Shown: one piece after another, positions 12,672-25,090 of the stretch | Layout: every line of letters starts with the position of its first letter | Numbering within the stretch: position 1 is the first letter of the stretch | Origin: Lytechinus pictus | Lineage: Eukaryota | NCBI RefSeq assembly: GCF_037042905.1 | Contig: NC_087256.1 | Coordinates: forward strand, 18,724,001 to 18,788,000 | Length of the DNA stretch: 64,000 nt | Reading direction: 5' to 3' | The notes under the pieces: generated by a model | The model's database searches: none | Seen by the model: only the letters and a program-made list of their open reading frames with translations | What the model was told of the DNA's origin: nothing | Program-made: the position numbers and the translations under genes

Positions 12672-13160
12672 TAGCGGCCACCTGTCTATAGTGACCACCT
12701 GCTTATAGTGGCCACTTAGAATTCCCCCGCAGGAAATTAATGTGTTGTATAGACCCTGTCTATAGTGGCCACCTGCCTAATGCGACCAGTGGCCACTCAT
12801 TTTGCATCCCTCGGTCAATATACTACCCTCTATAGCGGCCACTAAAATCAGCTTCACTGAAGCTTTTGACTCTGACAGTAATTGAATTTGCTAGTCCTTA
12901 CATATTTTGCAGCTGCATCTAAACACGAATCGTACTCTTAAAATAATGATTATACAATTAACATAAGTATTTGGTGGATTGGAATAGATCCAGGTATGCA
13001 ATTTTATATTTAAAAAAATAACTCATTAGAGACACATACTGTATGTCCAGTATATTGCACAATATCTACAATACATAGCAAATTCAAGATGGCCGCCAAC
13101 CTGTCTATAGTGGCCACTTTTTTGGTTCCATTCGGTGGCCACTTTACACAGGTTTGACTG
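12672..13160. mobile_element. Left-truncated Tc1/mariner (pogo/Tigger-like) MITE
   Basis: Right end CAGGTTTGACTG followed by TA; repeated CTATAGTGGCCAC motifs. Confidence 0.6.
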
Positions 13161-13339
13161 TAGTCGCACCGCCAATTATTGGGAAAGGGCTTTATATTGA
13201 GCGGCTCCTTAAATGCGAAAAACTCTCCAATGTCAGAGGACAAGACCACATAACTACTGTTCTCGAAGTCGGCATCGAGAAAAACACTGATTGTAAATTA
13301 TTATGTATTGTAAAATGTTTGAAATAATGTGAGTTTTAA

Positions 13340-13895
13340 AGGGGAATGAAACCTTTGGAACAAGTAGGCCTGTGTCAAAACAGAAAAATCAAAGAATAAG
13401 AACAAGAAAGTTTGAGAAATATCGGACAAATAATGAGAAAGTTATGAGCATTTGAATATTGCAATCACTAATGCCTCTCATTGGCAATGCGACAAGGATG
13501 TGTGATGTCACATGTGAACAACTTTCCCTTTGATGGACTATAAAATACCCCCAAAATGTATCTTTTTTATTTTTCTAATGGTGATACAAACTCTTTATCC
13601 ATGATGTATTCTTTAAAATTCTGTATTACATGCCCTCCTAGAGAAAGAACACATGATCTACTTATAGATGTAATAAAGAGGTAGTTTAAGTGAAATATAT
13701 ACTAAAGTAATGGAGAGTTGTTCACAAGTGACATCACATCTTTGTCGCATTGCCAATGTGAGGATCTCCATTATAATGATCGCAATATTCAAATGCTCAT
13801 AACTCTCTCATTATTTGTCCGATTTTTCTCAAATCTGTTTCTTTGATTTTTCTGTTTTCATACAAGCTATCTTGTTCCAAAGGTTTCATTCTCCT
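13340..13895. mobile_element. Kolobok-like fold-back MITE
   Basis: TTAA|AGGGGAATGAAACCTTTGGAACAAG ... CTTGTTCCAAAGGTTTCATTCTCCT|TTAA with ~190-bp inverted arms. Confidence 0.8.
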
Positions 13896-14875
13896 TTAAG
13901 TAGGGCCCCGTTGTGAAGCAGCTTGAAAGGGACCACCCAAAATCATAATGGTTAGTCGCCACATACAGATTCAACACAAGGAACAGTCGTTTTCACGAGC
14001 ATGATATTGCAAAAAAAAACCGGGTATATCTTTATAACTATTAATAATCTCACACCAGATTGATAATAGTGTGAAAATTTTACCCAATTCCATTAATTTG
14101 ATGTACAATTAATTCACTATTTACGTCTCGCTGTTCATTTGAAACTGTCCATGTTCACAACTCTTGCTATGGCAAACGGTCCGAAACCACCCATATTGTC
14201 GAGACACTGGCATCTTTGTTTTCCCACTGAATTATCTGTAAAGGTCAAAGAGGTCGAGATTGATTATCATCTCAATGCTAAATAGATTACCTACATGTTG
14301 ATGTATAATACTTTATGACTGGTATAATGGTTACATCTCATTTTTCTCCCAAACTTTGAGATCGAGCAGGCAGAACATGGCATATTTCTGTTTAAAACGT
14401 CACGTGACTAACGTATGATAGTTTCCGCTCCTAGACCCTTTTCATTTGGAACAATTAAAACTATCCAAACAAAATTAACTAACACATTTAATGTTGAAAG
14501 TAACAATGTTCTTGTACTATACAGCTTTGTCTACTGATATTTATAATATAGCTACAGTTTGAGAGGGCAAATATTTAGTAGTATCGAGTCTGGAAACGAT
14601 TTTGATTTGCAATAGGGTCTGCGTACATATAGTATAAACTAGCAGGCTGCATCGTCTGCTACGAAAACCAAATGAGCGAACATGACCGAAACTAACCCTT
14701 ATGTAATAAATCAATAGATAAATTAATGGATAAATGAATGAATAAAGAAAACGGGTTATAAAACATAGGCTATTAGCGTCAAGGTCGACAAAATGAGTCG
14801 TTACGTCAGTGCACACTTTAATTCCCTCCTTAATAATTGTACTAGAGAAAATCATCTTCATTTGGGACGTTAATT

Positions 14876-15970
14876 TCAATTCCTTTCAATTCATTTATTC
14901 ACTTCAATTCATTTATTTATTCAACCATCAAAAGGATAAAAACAGTACAATATATATTATTAACAAAGTATCAGGAAAAAAATAGATGGTTCGGAGACCC
15001 CGAAGAAGCGATGCTTATAAAAGGGGTCACCACGATACATTAATACATTACAAATAACAAGTGTGAAGAAATGTATAATTCAGATTATTTAAAACAATAA
15101 CAGAAAAATGCAATATAATGTGGTTTGATCAAATGATTACAAAATCAAAAAGAGTCAAAATCTTAGATCAAAATTAAATGACACACTCCTGCAGCAAGGA
15201 TTGGGTAAAGGGGGGGGGGGTGGGGGTGGGAAGAAGCCCTAATGTATGATGTGAGATTATAATGCATACCATCAATAAACGGAAAATAACATTTTCCTGC
15301 ATAAAAATCTAGATCTTGATAAGATGGAACTATTTTTATATCATTTGGAATTTCATTCCATAGTTTGGGGAAGTAAGTCTTTAAAGCAATGAACGTTCGA
15401 ACATGTGGAGGGCGCAGGCATTTGCTATGACGAGTATTTGTGAGAATGGATTTGGGAATTTGAAACAAAAATGTCGCTGAAGAGACTGAGGTGGTAAGAT
15501 TCTGGCATTGAGCTTGTACATAAAAACTAGGGAATTTAATGATATCAGATCTTTTAAAGCTAATAAATTTGATTGTAAAAGCAAAGGTTTTGTATGACCA
15601 TTAAAAGGAGCATTTGAGATAATTCTTATTGCTTTTTTTTGTAAAATTGTCAATTTATCTAAGTGTGTTTTGAATGTATGACCCCATACAGTGTTACAGT
15701 AATTTAAGTGAGGAAGTATGATACTGTTATAAAGAGTAATAAAAATTGAATGGGGAACAAAATGTCTAATTTTAGAAATAACTCCAATAGATCTTAAAAA
15801 TTTGGTACAGATTGAATTGAGATGTGGTTTCCAAAAAAAAAATTGAAAAAAATTTACTTGTGTTATAAAATGTCCACCATGAAAAATATCTAGAGAATGA
15901 GGGTCCCTCCTGCCTCCAGTTCGAAAAATGACATACTTTGTTTTATCTAAATTAAAAAAAAAGTTTGTTG
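14876..15970 (-). mobile_element. 5'-truncated LINE 3' end (CR1/L2 group)
   Basis: Minus ORFs contain LNYCNTVWG, LQKKAIRII and PKLWNEIP, followed by a 3' UTR and an AATAAA/TTGAA tail near 14880-14925. Confidence 0.8.
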
Positions 15971-16591
15971 CAAACAAACCAATAATCTAATTTTCTTAAT
16001 TAATTGAAAGATCAATTTTTGTTTATTCCTTCTCACGAACACGATGAGCTGCTGAGCAAACGCAATTCGTTGACATGGCAACCAATCGGAGAAAGCACCA
16101 TGGAATGCAATAGAAAGAGAGAGGGGGAGAGATAAAAAAAAAAAAACGAGATATTTATCCAGAGGCGGAACCTCTGAATTTTTATCATCCAAGAATTTAT
16201 TATACCGATGTATATTGATGTAAGTTTTGAAAACAAGGTAAAACATTACAAAATTCCCAAATGACGTGAGTAATTATTGCGAGTTACATCGTTTTACTTT
16301 AAAGGATTTATCTGGCTCAGCCAGAAGACAAAATAGAAAATAAGAATGAAAATCAGAGAGAGGGGGGAGAGAGTATTATGCAGGAATAAAACGTGTGACA
16401 TTTCACTTTTATTAATTTGTTGCATGGATACACAGATACGTACTTCCATAATAAGCTTGTCATTTATATTTGTTTAGAAAATCATTATTCACTTTTTTAC
16501 ATGTAGTGTTTTCACTCGTCGAGCCTCTAAGTTCAAGACACTGTTTTATCTTCAACACTTTTTTTCGTGGTAAATTTTTTTCCCGCTGATG

Positions 16592-16877
16592 ATAATAATA
16601 ATAGGCATTCATATAGCGCCATCTATCTAGAAATAATCTTTTCCGATGCGCACTGTTTATTATTATTATTACCCCGGCTTTAACTCGAGCTGCCTTTAAG
16701 CGCTCAGTGCATTCAAGGAATTAATCCTGCCGGGTACCCATTCACCTCACCTGGGTTGAGTTCAGCACAATGTGGATACATTTCTTGCTGAAGAAAATTA
16801 CGCCATGGCTGGGATTCGAACCCACGACCCTCTGTTTCAAAGTCAGAAGACTAATCCACTGGGCCACAACGCTCCAC
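16592..16877 (-). mobile_element. tRNA-derived SINE
   Basis: A box TGGCCCAGTGG, B box GTTCGAATCC, same body as 1914-2198, and a TTA tail. Confidence 0.87.
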
Positions 16878-18282
16878 AAAGTTATTGATTTATAAACTTA
16901 TTAAACTTATGATAAACTTATAAGACTTAGTTTCATTATTAGTTTTAGTTTACTTTGATTAATATTTATGGATATACTTTGCTCAGTTTGTATCTGTTTA
17001 AAAGAAATAATAATAATAATCGCGGTATATTGACCCAGGGTAGTCACTTCAGGTGGGTGTTTCATAAAGCTGTTCGTAAGATAAGAGCGACTTAAAGAAC
17101 GACTGGTGATCCTTTCTTTTAGTAAATGGTATACACCATTGGCAATGGTTTAGCGCGTAAGAAAGGATCACCAGTCGTTCTTAAAGTCGCTCTTAACTTA
17201 CGAACAGCTTTATGAAACGGCCCCCTTCCGAAAACTGTTCTCCCAGCGGGCCCTGCTATTATTATTAAAAGTAAGTCCCCAAAATCCCAAATTTTTTTTT
17301 ATTTCATGGCTGTAATTTCTTTTTAAGGAGCTAGAAACTTAATTAGAATTGTATCTTTAGTAAGGCCATCGCATACCTTACGAGTGGTCCACGATCCGAT
17401 TTTGGAGCAAATCGCAATTTGCTCATTCTTCAGAAAATGTGAATGAAAAGTATTTTTTATTTGACGTTCAACTGAAAGAATACTAATATAACAATTTTGG
17501 ATGAGAAAAAAGAAAAAAGAAAGGAAAAAGAAATAAATATTTGAATTTTACTTTATTCATTTACTTTTTTTTTCTCAAAGAAAACAAACGTTAATAATAA
17601 AATATTTATGATGGCGATAATAGTCAAATTTGACTGGTTGCCAAATAAAAATAAGAACCCCCCGATGATTGTAAGCCTTTATTTGGGGGTGAAGGCCAAA
17701 TAAATTTCAAATTGTAGCCAGTCGTAGGATTTCTGACGTCATTACGACTAGATATTCAATTCGCTTTTATTCTAAAAAGGATGATAGCATAGTCACAGAC
17801 ATGCACGGAATCACAATAGCCTTATTCATGTATTTTGTACAGTCGTGGTTACTGAAAAGTTAGAGTCAGGTTCGGGGGCCTATGTTACAAGTCATGTGTT
17901 TCCTCTTTAAGGGGGAACTAAACAGAACCTGGGGAGGAACTTCTTGTTAAAGGACAAGTCCACCCCAACGAAGTGTTGCTTTGAATATAAAAATTCCAAC
18001 AAGCATAACACTGAAAATTTCATCAAAATCGGATGTAAAATAAGAAAGTTATGACATTTTAAAGTTTCGCTTAATTTCACAAACAGTTATATGCACACCC
18101 TGGTCGATATGCAAATGAGGAGACTGATGAAGTCATCCACTCACTATTTATTTTATTATATGAAATATGAAAAATTCTAATTTCATCCTCATTGTCAAGT
18201 GAAACAACAATTAATTCCTCCCTGAACATAATGGAATTAGCATTCTTTGATACTATACACTCTTAAAATAACCTCTTCAAAT

Positions 18283-18590
18283 TCTGAAAAGATTTCCTTG
18301 TCAAATATTTTCGAATAGAAAACTATTCAAAATGAATAGTTTTCTATTCAAAATGATTAGAAAACTGTTCAAAATGAAAAAGAATCGTTTCATTTTGAAT
18401 GACAAAGATAAAAAGATTTCCTTGTCAAATATTTTGAATAGAAAACTGTTCAAAATGATTAGAAAACTATTTAAAATGAAAAGAATCGTTTCATTTTGAA
18501 TGACAATAACAAAAAGATTTCCTTGTCAAATATTTTGAATAGAAGACTATTTAATGAAAATAGAGAATCGTTCCCTTTTGAATGACAAAA
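18283..18590. repeat. Left subterminal repeats of the EnSpm-like element
   Basis: Three copies of AAAAGATTTCCTTGTCAAATATTTT(C)GAATAGAA plus multiple (C)TATTCAAAATGA motifs. Confidence 0.8.
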
Positions 18591-19261
18591 TGCCCGGGGC
18601 ACGTATACTGACCTAAAAAATGTGCCGCCGCAAACACCCTCTTCACGCCTTAATTGCCTGCCGCTCCGTAGACCCCATATAAATTCAAGCACAATATTTA
18701 GTTCACAAGCCCTTTTTGAAAATTCTTAATCCCTTTTGGGGGAAATTTAATATCTAGACCCCCGGCCATTTTAAGCAAATTTCAGATTTTTTTGCTTCCA
18801 GAGCAATTGACAAAAAATAGCTCTCAACTTCAAACGGCATTTGACCCCCCCCCCCGTCAGAAGCTTTGCCCGGCCCCCCCCCCCCTCCAAGTTGCCCCCA
18901 ATAATTTTCGGAGTGAAAAATTAAAGGGTTGAAAATGAGAAAGAAAAGAAAAGGGAGGGTTTTTTTGTCCGGCTTTGCCCCCCCCCCCACATTTTGTTTT
19001 GCCCCCTATTTGCCCCCCCCCTTAAAAATCCTGGTGCCGCCACTGCTTTTAAGGTCACTTCGGTTATAGATCTCCTTTTCAGAGTCAACTCGGTTATACC
19101 TGTCCCCCGTTTCAGAAACCGGGGCCGCACATCCCTACCAAACCCAAAGTTGAGTGCCCCCCCCCCCCCCCGACAAAATGACGTGGATGCTGAAAATTTT
19201 TGATACGTATTATATTCTCTTCAAAATGACGTTGTCTTCGATGAAACATTTCATTGGTCAA

Positions 19262-19366
19262 ACTTGTTGACTGACGTCACCGCGCCGGCCGCGCGCGCGC
19301 AGCTAGCGCAGCGCAGACGATCATTTGAAATCAGTCGCCATATCATGAGTGTATACCGCGGTAAGT
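19262..19366 (+). promoter_or_regulatory. Probable promoter and first exon of the transposon transcript
   Basis: CRE palindrome TGACGTCA (19272-79), a CpG-rich GCGC run, Inr-like TCATTT/TCAGTC, and a strong donor CG|GTAAGT at 19361. Confidence 0.5.
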
Positions 19367-19837
19367 TATCCAGTTTAATCTGTAAGATATTACATGATTT
19401 TGTCGGTGAAGTAGTTTTATTTTTATATGTATTAATATGCTCTATTCTCTTGAACAAATTTCTTGTATCTGCAACAGTGCCATCATACGATTTTCGGTCA
19501 AAATGCAACTCACAAAATGTCAATGCAACTCACAAAATGTCATGTACGATCACTGCGATGCTACTCGATGCACTGTATACGTTATGATTTATGATTGATG
19601 TACGGTAGCTTAGCCTTAGCCTACTGCATTCGACAGTCTGCATGCAGTTTGCACAATGATTAGTCTGGAATTGATGTTGTTTTATGATGTTCACCCCTGG
19701 GCCTGGCCCTGGCCCTGGTCTCGCGGCTAGCACTAGCAGTCTCAGTCATAAGACAGCAAATGGAACTCGAGTAAGTTAGGCTTGGAAGTTGGGGCCTGGG
19801 CTAGGCTAGGCCTACCTTAGGTCTAACGTTAGGCTAA

Positions 19838-20359
19838 CCCAGAGAGCTCCCGCCCGCACAGCGGGCGGGAGCCCAGAAGCTTACCGTGTATTTTACCATT
19901 GTCACCGGACTAGGGTGATTTATGGTCTAAATATTTCTCCAAATGAATTGTGAAAATGGAAAGTATACAATTACCACGATTATATGGATGAAGGTCTAAC
20001 GAGTGGCAGATTCCTGACATCTGGGCACAGTCTGGAACCTCAAAAAAACGAAAAGTTCTCTCCTTCTACCCAGTCTCGATCGGCCATTTTGTTACGATTT
20101 TTAACAAAAATGGCCGATCGAGACGGGGTAGAAGGAGAGAACTTTTCGTTTTTTTGAGGTTCCAGACTGTGCCCAGATGTCAGGAATCTGCCACTCGTTA
20201 GACCTTCATCCATATAATCGTGGTAATTGTATACTTTCTGTTTTCACAATTCATTTGGAGAAATATTTAGACCATAAATCACCCTAGTCCGGTGACAATG
20301 GTAAAATACACGGTAAGCTTCTGGGCTCCCGCCCGCTGCGCGGGCGGGAGCTCTCTGGG
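19838..20359. mobile_element. Near-perfect 522-bp fold-back piggyBac-like MITE
   Basis: CCC...GGG termini, ~257-bp arms almost identical, centre near 20097, flanked by CTAA and TTAA. Confidence 0.85.
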
Positions 20360-20884
20360 TTAACGTTAGGCCTATCTAACTAGTATTACTAGGCCTAACT
20401 TTAGGCCTACTAGGCCTAGTAAGTTATGGTTAGCAATATAGCATGTCGAGTCGTCTTGAGCAAGGCAAGGCAAAACAAGGCAGACCCATGTAGGCCTAGC
20501 TATAGGCCTAACTGTTAGATCCCGGCGGGGCCTAGATCTATCTAGTAATCTACATTACGAGTATATTCATGAAGCGTGGATTGTATAGGCCCTGAAGGCT
20601 AAGGTATTCAGCGATCTCATGCACAAAAATGTCAAGAAGCATATTTTTATTCCAAACCTCATTTCATACTAGGCCTGGGCCCTGACCCAGGCCAAGGCTA
20701 GACTAGATCAAGGCCTAGCCCTAGCCTAGCCTAGGCCCTAACTTAGTTTAGGCTTAGGCCTAACTTTAGTATTTGATATTCAATTTTTTTTCAATGAATG
20801 CCTAAGTTATGGCTTCACTGTCTTGAACTTGAAGGTAGCTATAGCCTAGGCCTAGTAGGCCTAACTTAGGCCTACTACTGATTT

Positions 20885-21977
20885 TTTATACCCCCGCCAC
20901 ACACAAGGTGTGTAACTGTAAGGGGGTAGGCCTAGGCCCTATATAGGAATCACCGTGTGGCCGGGCGGGCGGGCGGTCCGTTGCAGAATCTTGTGGATCA
21001 AACTCCCTCAGTTTTTGATCAATTGACTTGAAATTTAATACATGGGTCCATAATGATATGTAGAAGTGCAAGATATATTTTTCGTCAAAGTCGGGAAATG
21101 CGTTGCCATGGCAACAGCATTTTTTGAGTGAAATTCATGCAAAAATCTTGTGGATCTAACTCCTCCCTCAGTTTTTGATCAATTGACCTGAAATTTAGTA
21201 GGCCTACATAGGTCCATAATGATGTATAGAAGTGCAAGATATATTGTTCATCAAAGTTGAGAATTGCGTTGCCGTGGCAACAGCATTTTTTGAATGAAAT
21301 TCATGCAAAAAATTTGTGGATCTAACTCCTTCCTCAGTTTTTGATCAATTGACCTGAATTTTTAATTAGGCTAGTAGGCTTACATAGGTCCATAATGATG
21401 TATAAAAATTCAAGATATATTTTTCGTCAGAGTCGAGAATCGTGTTGCCATGGCAACAGCATTTTTTGAATGAAATTTGTGCAAAATTTTTGTGGATCAT
21501 ACTACTCCCTCAGTTAAGGACCAATTAATTTGAAATTTGGAACATTAAGTCCATATTGATGTGTATAAAATATAAGTGCAAGATATAATTTTCGTCAAAG
21601 TCGAGAATTGCGTTGCCATGGCAACAACATTTTAAAATAAAATTGGTGCAAAAATCTTGTGGATCATACTACTCCCTCATTTTTTGACCAATTGATTTGA
21701 AATTCGGTGCATGGGTCCATAGTGATATGAAGAAGTGCAAGATATAGGCCTAATAGTTAAAAAAAACGAAGGTTGCACTGTTGATTGGATTCTCAGTGAA
21801 ATGTCATTCTTTGATATATCTGATGATGCATAGTTTTTGCCCTAACTGATAGACTTCAAAATATTTCATTTTTTCTTTTCTTTTTGGGGTTATTATAGTG
21901 GGATATTATTTTTTATGTAGGTAGAGCGCTGCTGGCGGGGGTAGTATTATTAATCACTGATAGTGATATTTCTAGTT
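20885..21977 (+). mobile_element. Helentron/DINE-1-like non-autonomous element (HINE) with central tandem repeats
   Basis: Subterminal inverted repeat TACCCCCGCCA (20889) / TGGCGGGGGTA (21933-43), a 5' hairpin, a GGGC microsatellite, ~160-175-bp tandem units (about 4.5), a 3' stem-loop ATCACT-GAT-AGTGAT, and a CTAG end between T runs. Confidence 0.75.
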
Positions 21978-24900
21978 TTTTTATGTAGGCCTAGGCCTAT
22001 ATTATATGCATGCAAAGAGAGTCTTTGGCAAAGTGTCAAGATTGACATTGAGATAAAACTAGCCATCAGTGTCATAACTACCAGGCATGTAGCTGGGGGG
22101 GTTGGGGCAGTCACCCCCCAAAAAAAAACAAAAAAAGGAGAGAGGGAGAAAGGGGGAGAGAGAAAAAAAAATGAAAAAGTAAGAGAAGTTAGGGAAAGGG
22201 CAGATGTAGAATCACAACAAAGATTGTCTTCTTTTGCTAATGATTTCAGGAAATTTCAAAGCTTCCACGCTTAGCGCAGGAGGGGGAAACTCAAAGCCTA
22301 CCAGAAACCTGTGATTTTATTTCAATTCGTTTCAGAAATCAGAGTTTCTCAGTTGGCCTTTCTTGTAGATTTTAGTACTTTATTACTATGTGCTTTGATG
22401 AATTATCCCACATTTTAAGAGTAGCCGATTCGAAACATTTTCTAAGCATTATGGATCTTTAAGATTAGGCCTCAATATTTTTATCATAAAGGAAACCCTC
22501 TGTTGACATAGTTGTGACTGACTACGCATGTCAACACCTAAAGGCTAAGGGCACAGCCGTCTTGTAAATTCTAGAATAATATAATTAAAATAATGGAATT
22601 TCAACAATGAAAATTTCAAAACTCATTTTAGGTGACTTATTGTGGGCTTTTGAGATAGTAGGTCACATATGTAGACCACCCCCCCAAAAAAGGGCTTGAC
22701 ACACACCTGTCAGGTGGTCAGATGAGGCCAAATAAAAATAATTTCAATTTTTTTTCTCGTCCCCTCCTTCCTTTTTTTGGGGCCGCCTTAATTGCTTTGT
22801 TATTTGATATTTTTGTTCTGAAATGATATGAATAAAAATATGAGGACTTCTAGACAATGATATACCAAAAAACATTAATATGCAATTACACCTTGTTTCG
22901 ATCCTCTGTAGTGTAGTACAAGTGTTACTAAATTTGTGAAGAATGTGTTGAAGTTGACCCAATAGCATTTTTGTGTATAAAAAAAAATCAAATATCAAAT
23001 AAATAACATGGAACCCCCTCCTCATTTTCGAAAAATCCGGACGAGAAACTAGGAATTGATTTTACTTGGCCTTACCAGTAAAAGTCACTGTCAGGCAATT
23101 AGCTTAGTTTGCTGGTCTGATATGACCGATATGTATATTGTCAGGGCTAGTAAAAAAGAACAAATCCGATCGAGGGGGGAAATTAGAGACATTTGCATAT
23201 ATTTACATGTATTTCAACAAATTCTAATTGCAACAGACTTTGTATTCAGGACTTTTTTATTTTCTCAGAATATTATATAAGTGATCTGATAATGAACAAA
23301 AATAAAGCCCTGTGTGATTTCAAAAAGATGCAAGTCTACTACCTCCCCTCCCCGGAACTTTAATTCCCAAGGCCATATAACTTGTTTTATAAAGATGTTT
23401 GAAACAAGAAAATAAAAAGGCCTCCATCTTTTTGGGGGGCACCGCATATTGAAAATATAGTGCTATAAACCGTAGGTATTCAGAAATTAATTCAATAAAA
23501 AACAAAGAGCCCCTCCTATTTTTCCAAAAACCAGAAGAGAACCATTTTTTTTTTGTTTTACTTGGCCTTAAAATGTGTTTTTTTTTTTTGGGGGGGGGGG
23601 TTTGTTGAAAAATTACTGGAAATGAAATATTGTGTGCCTACAAAATCAGATCAGATATTGTCTTTTAAAGCGAGCGTGCATGATTTCGCTCAGTGGCACA
23701 TCTAAAATGGGTTAAGTCAGAGCAATTTATCGCGGCAAGTCATGTCAGAAGCCACTCCAGAGACATTTTTCAGCAGTGGCAGTACTAAGGGGGGGGGGGG
23801 AGGGGACGAATTCCCCTGGAATTTTTATTTTTGAACACTAAGCTTATAATGCCATGTAGGCCTACAAGAATTTCATATATATGTGAGACATAATTTGGTT
23901 CCAAGAGCAAATATCGATCGGGGGGGGGGGGAGGGGTACTAAACTTTTGTTTTGGTATGGGTGTGAGATTCGCAGGGCTGAAAATAGGGGCTTAAAGAAT
24001 GGAAAGGCACCAAAATAGGGGCTCAAAGAACTGATTTTTTAAAACTAATTTTTGGCCCATTTTAAAGCTTGAGAACTCGTTGCCAGTTTTATGTTTACAA
24101 GTTCCATTATTGCCCTTGCCTTATAGACAACTGTATTTTTTACCCACACCTATTGATTTTTTATGTTGTAGAAACAGCAGCAACATACAAACCCACCACT
24201 CTAATGGTTTTCTCAAAATCGAAAAAATTATGAAATTAGAGGGGATAGTTTCCATCTTATAAATGTTCTTATGTCTCCAGAGACAAATAATTAACATTCC
24301 TGTATGAGTGCTTCTTAATTCAGCTCTAGTCTATCATGTCAAATTAAATCAGATAGAAATTTAGTTTGAGCTCTATTTGAGGGGAAAAAATTTAAATAAA
24401 AAAGAAATGTGTCTCATAATCGCCCAAGAGTTAAATTTTAGAAAAATTTATACCCAAGGAGTATTAAAATGACATTTTGATGATCAAAAAGTTTGAAGTC
24501 ACCTGGTGGGTGTTTCATAAAGCTGTTCGTAAGATACGAATGACTTTACGAACGACTGGTGATCCTTTCTTGTGCTCTGTGATATCCCTATGTAATTGAA
24601 TTATGACCTAAGAACATGTTCCAGTCGTGCGTAAAGTCGTTCGTAACTTTACGAACAGCTTTATGAAACACCCACCTGATGACCACAGATAGTGTGTTTA
24701 TTTTGCTCAAAAGGACTGATTTCAATACAATTTTAGCCTCTTTAGGGGGTAAAGTGTATCATTGATGGGGGTTATTAAATTTTTGTTGCTGAAATAGGGG
24801 TGTTGTAACTTTATCGCCGTCGACTTTTTGTAAATTTGGACCCCCCCCCCCTCACAAGAAAATGCTAGCCCTCGTAGGAAAGAGATAGAAACAGATTTAT

Positions 24901-25090
24901 GCAAAACTAATTTTCAACATTTGAGGCCATTAGGAGAGGGTCCTCTATATATGAGTTAAGTCAAATTGAAAATGTGATGTCAAATTAAAAAGTTGAACCA
25001 AACTTTTAACCCCGATAATGATTATCTTCCCTTTTTATACAGCTCCTTCCTTTTCACGGATCTCCTTCCAGATTGGAGTGTGTTGTCATC

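Noticed and set aside
16800-16877. tRNA gene (also 2120-2198)
   Set aside because: The tRNA-like head runs into a shared SINE body and tail, with no proper acceptor stem.
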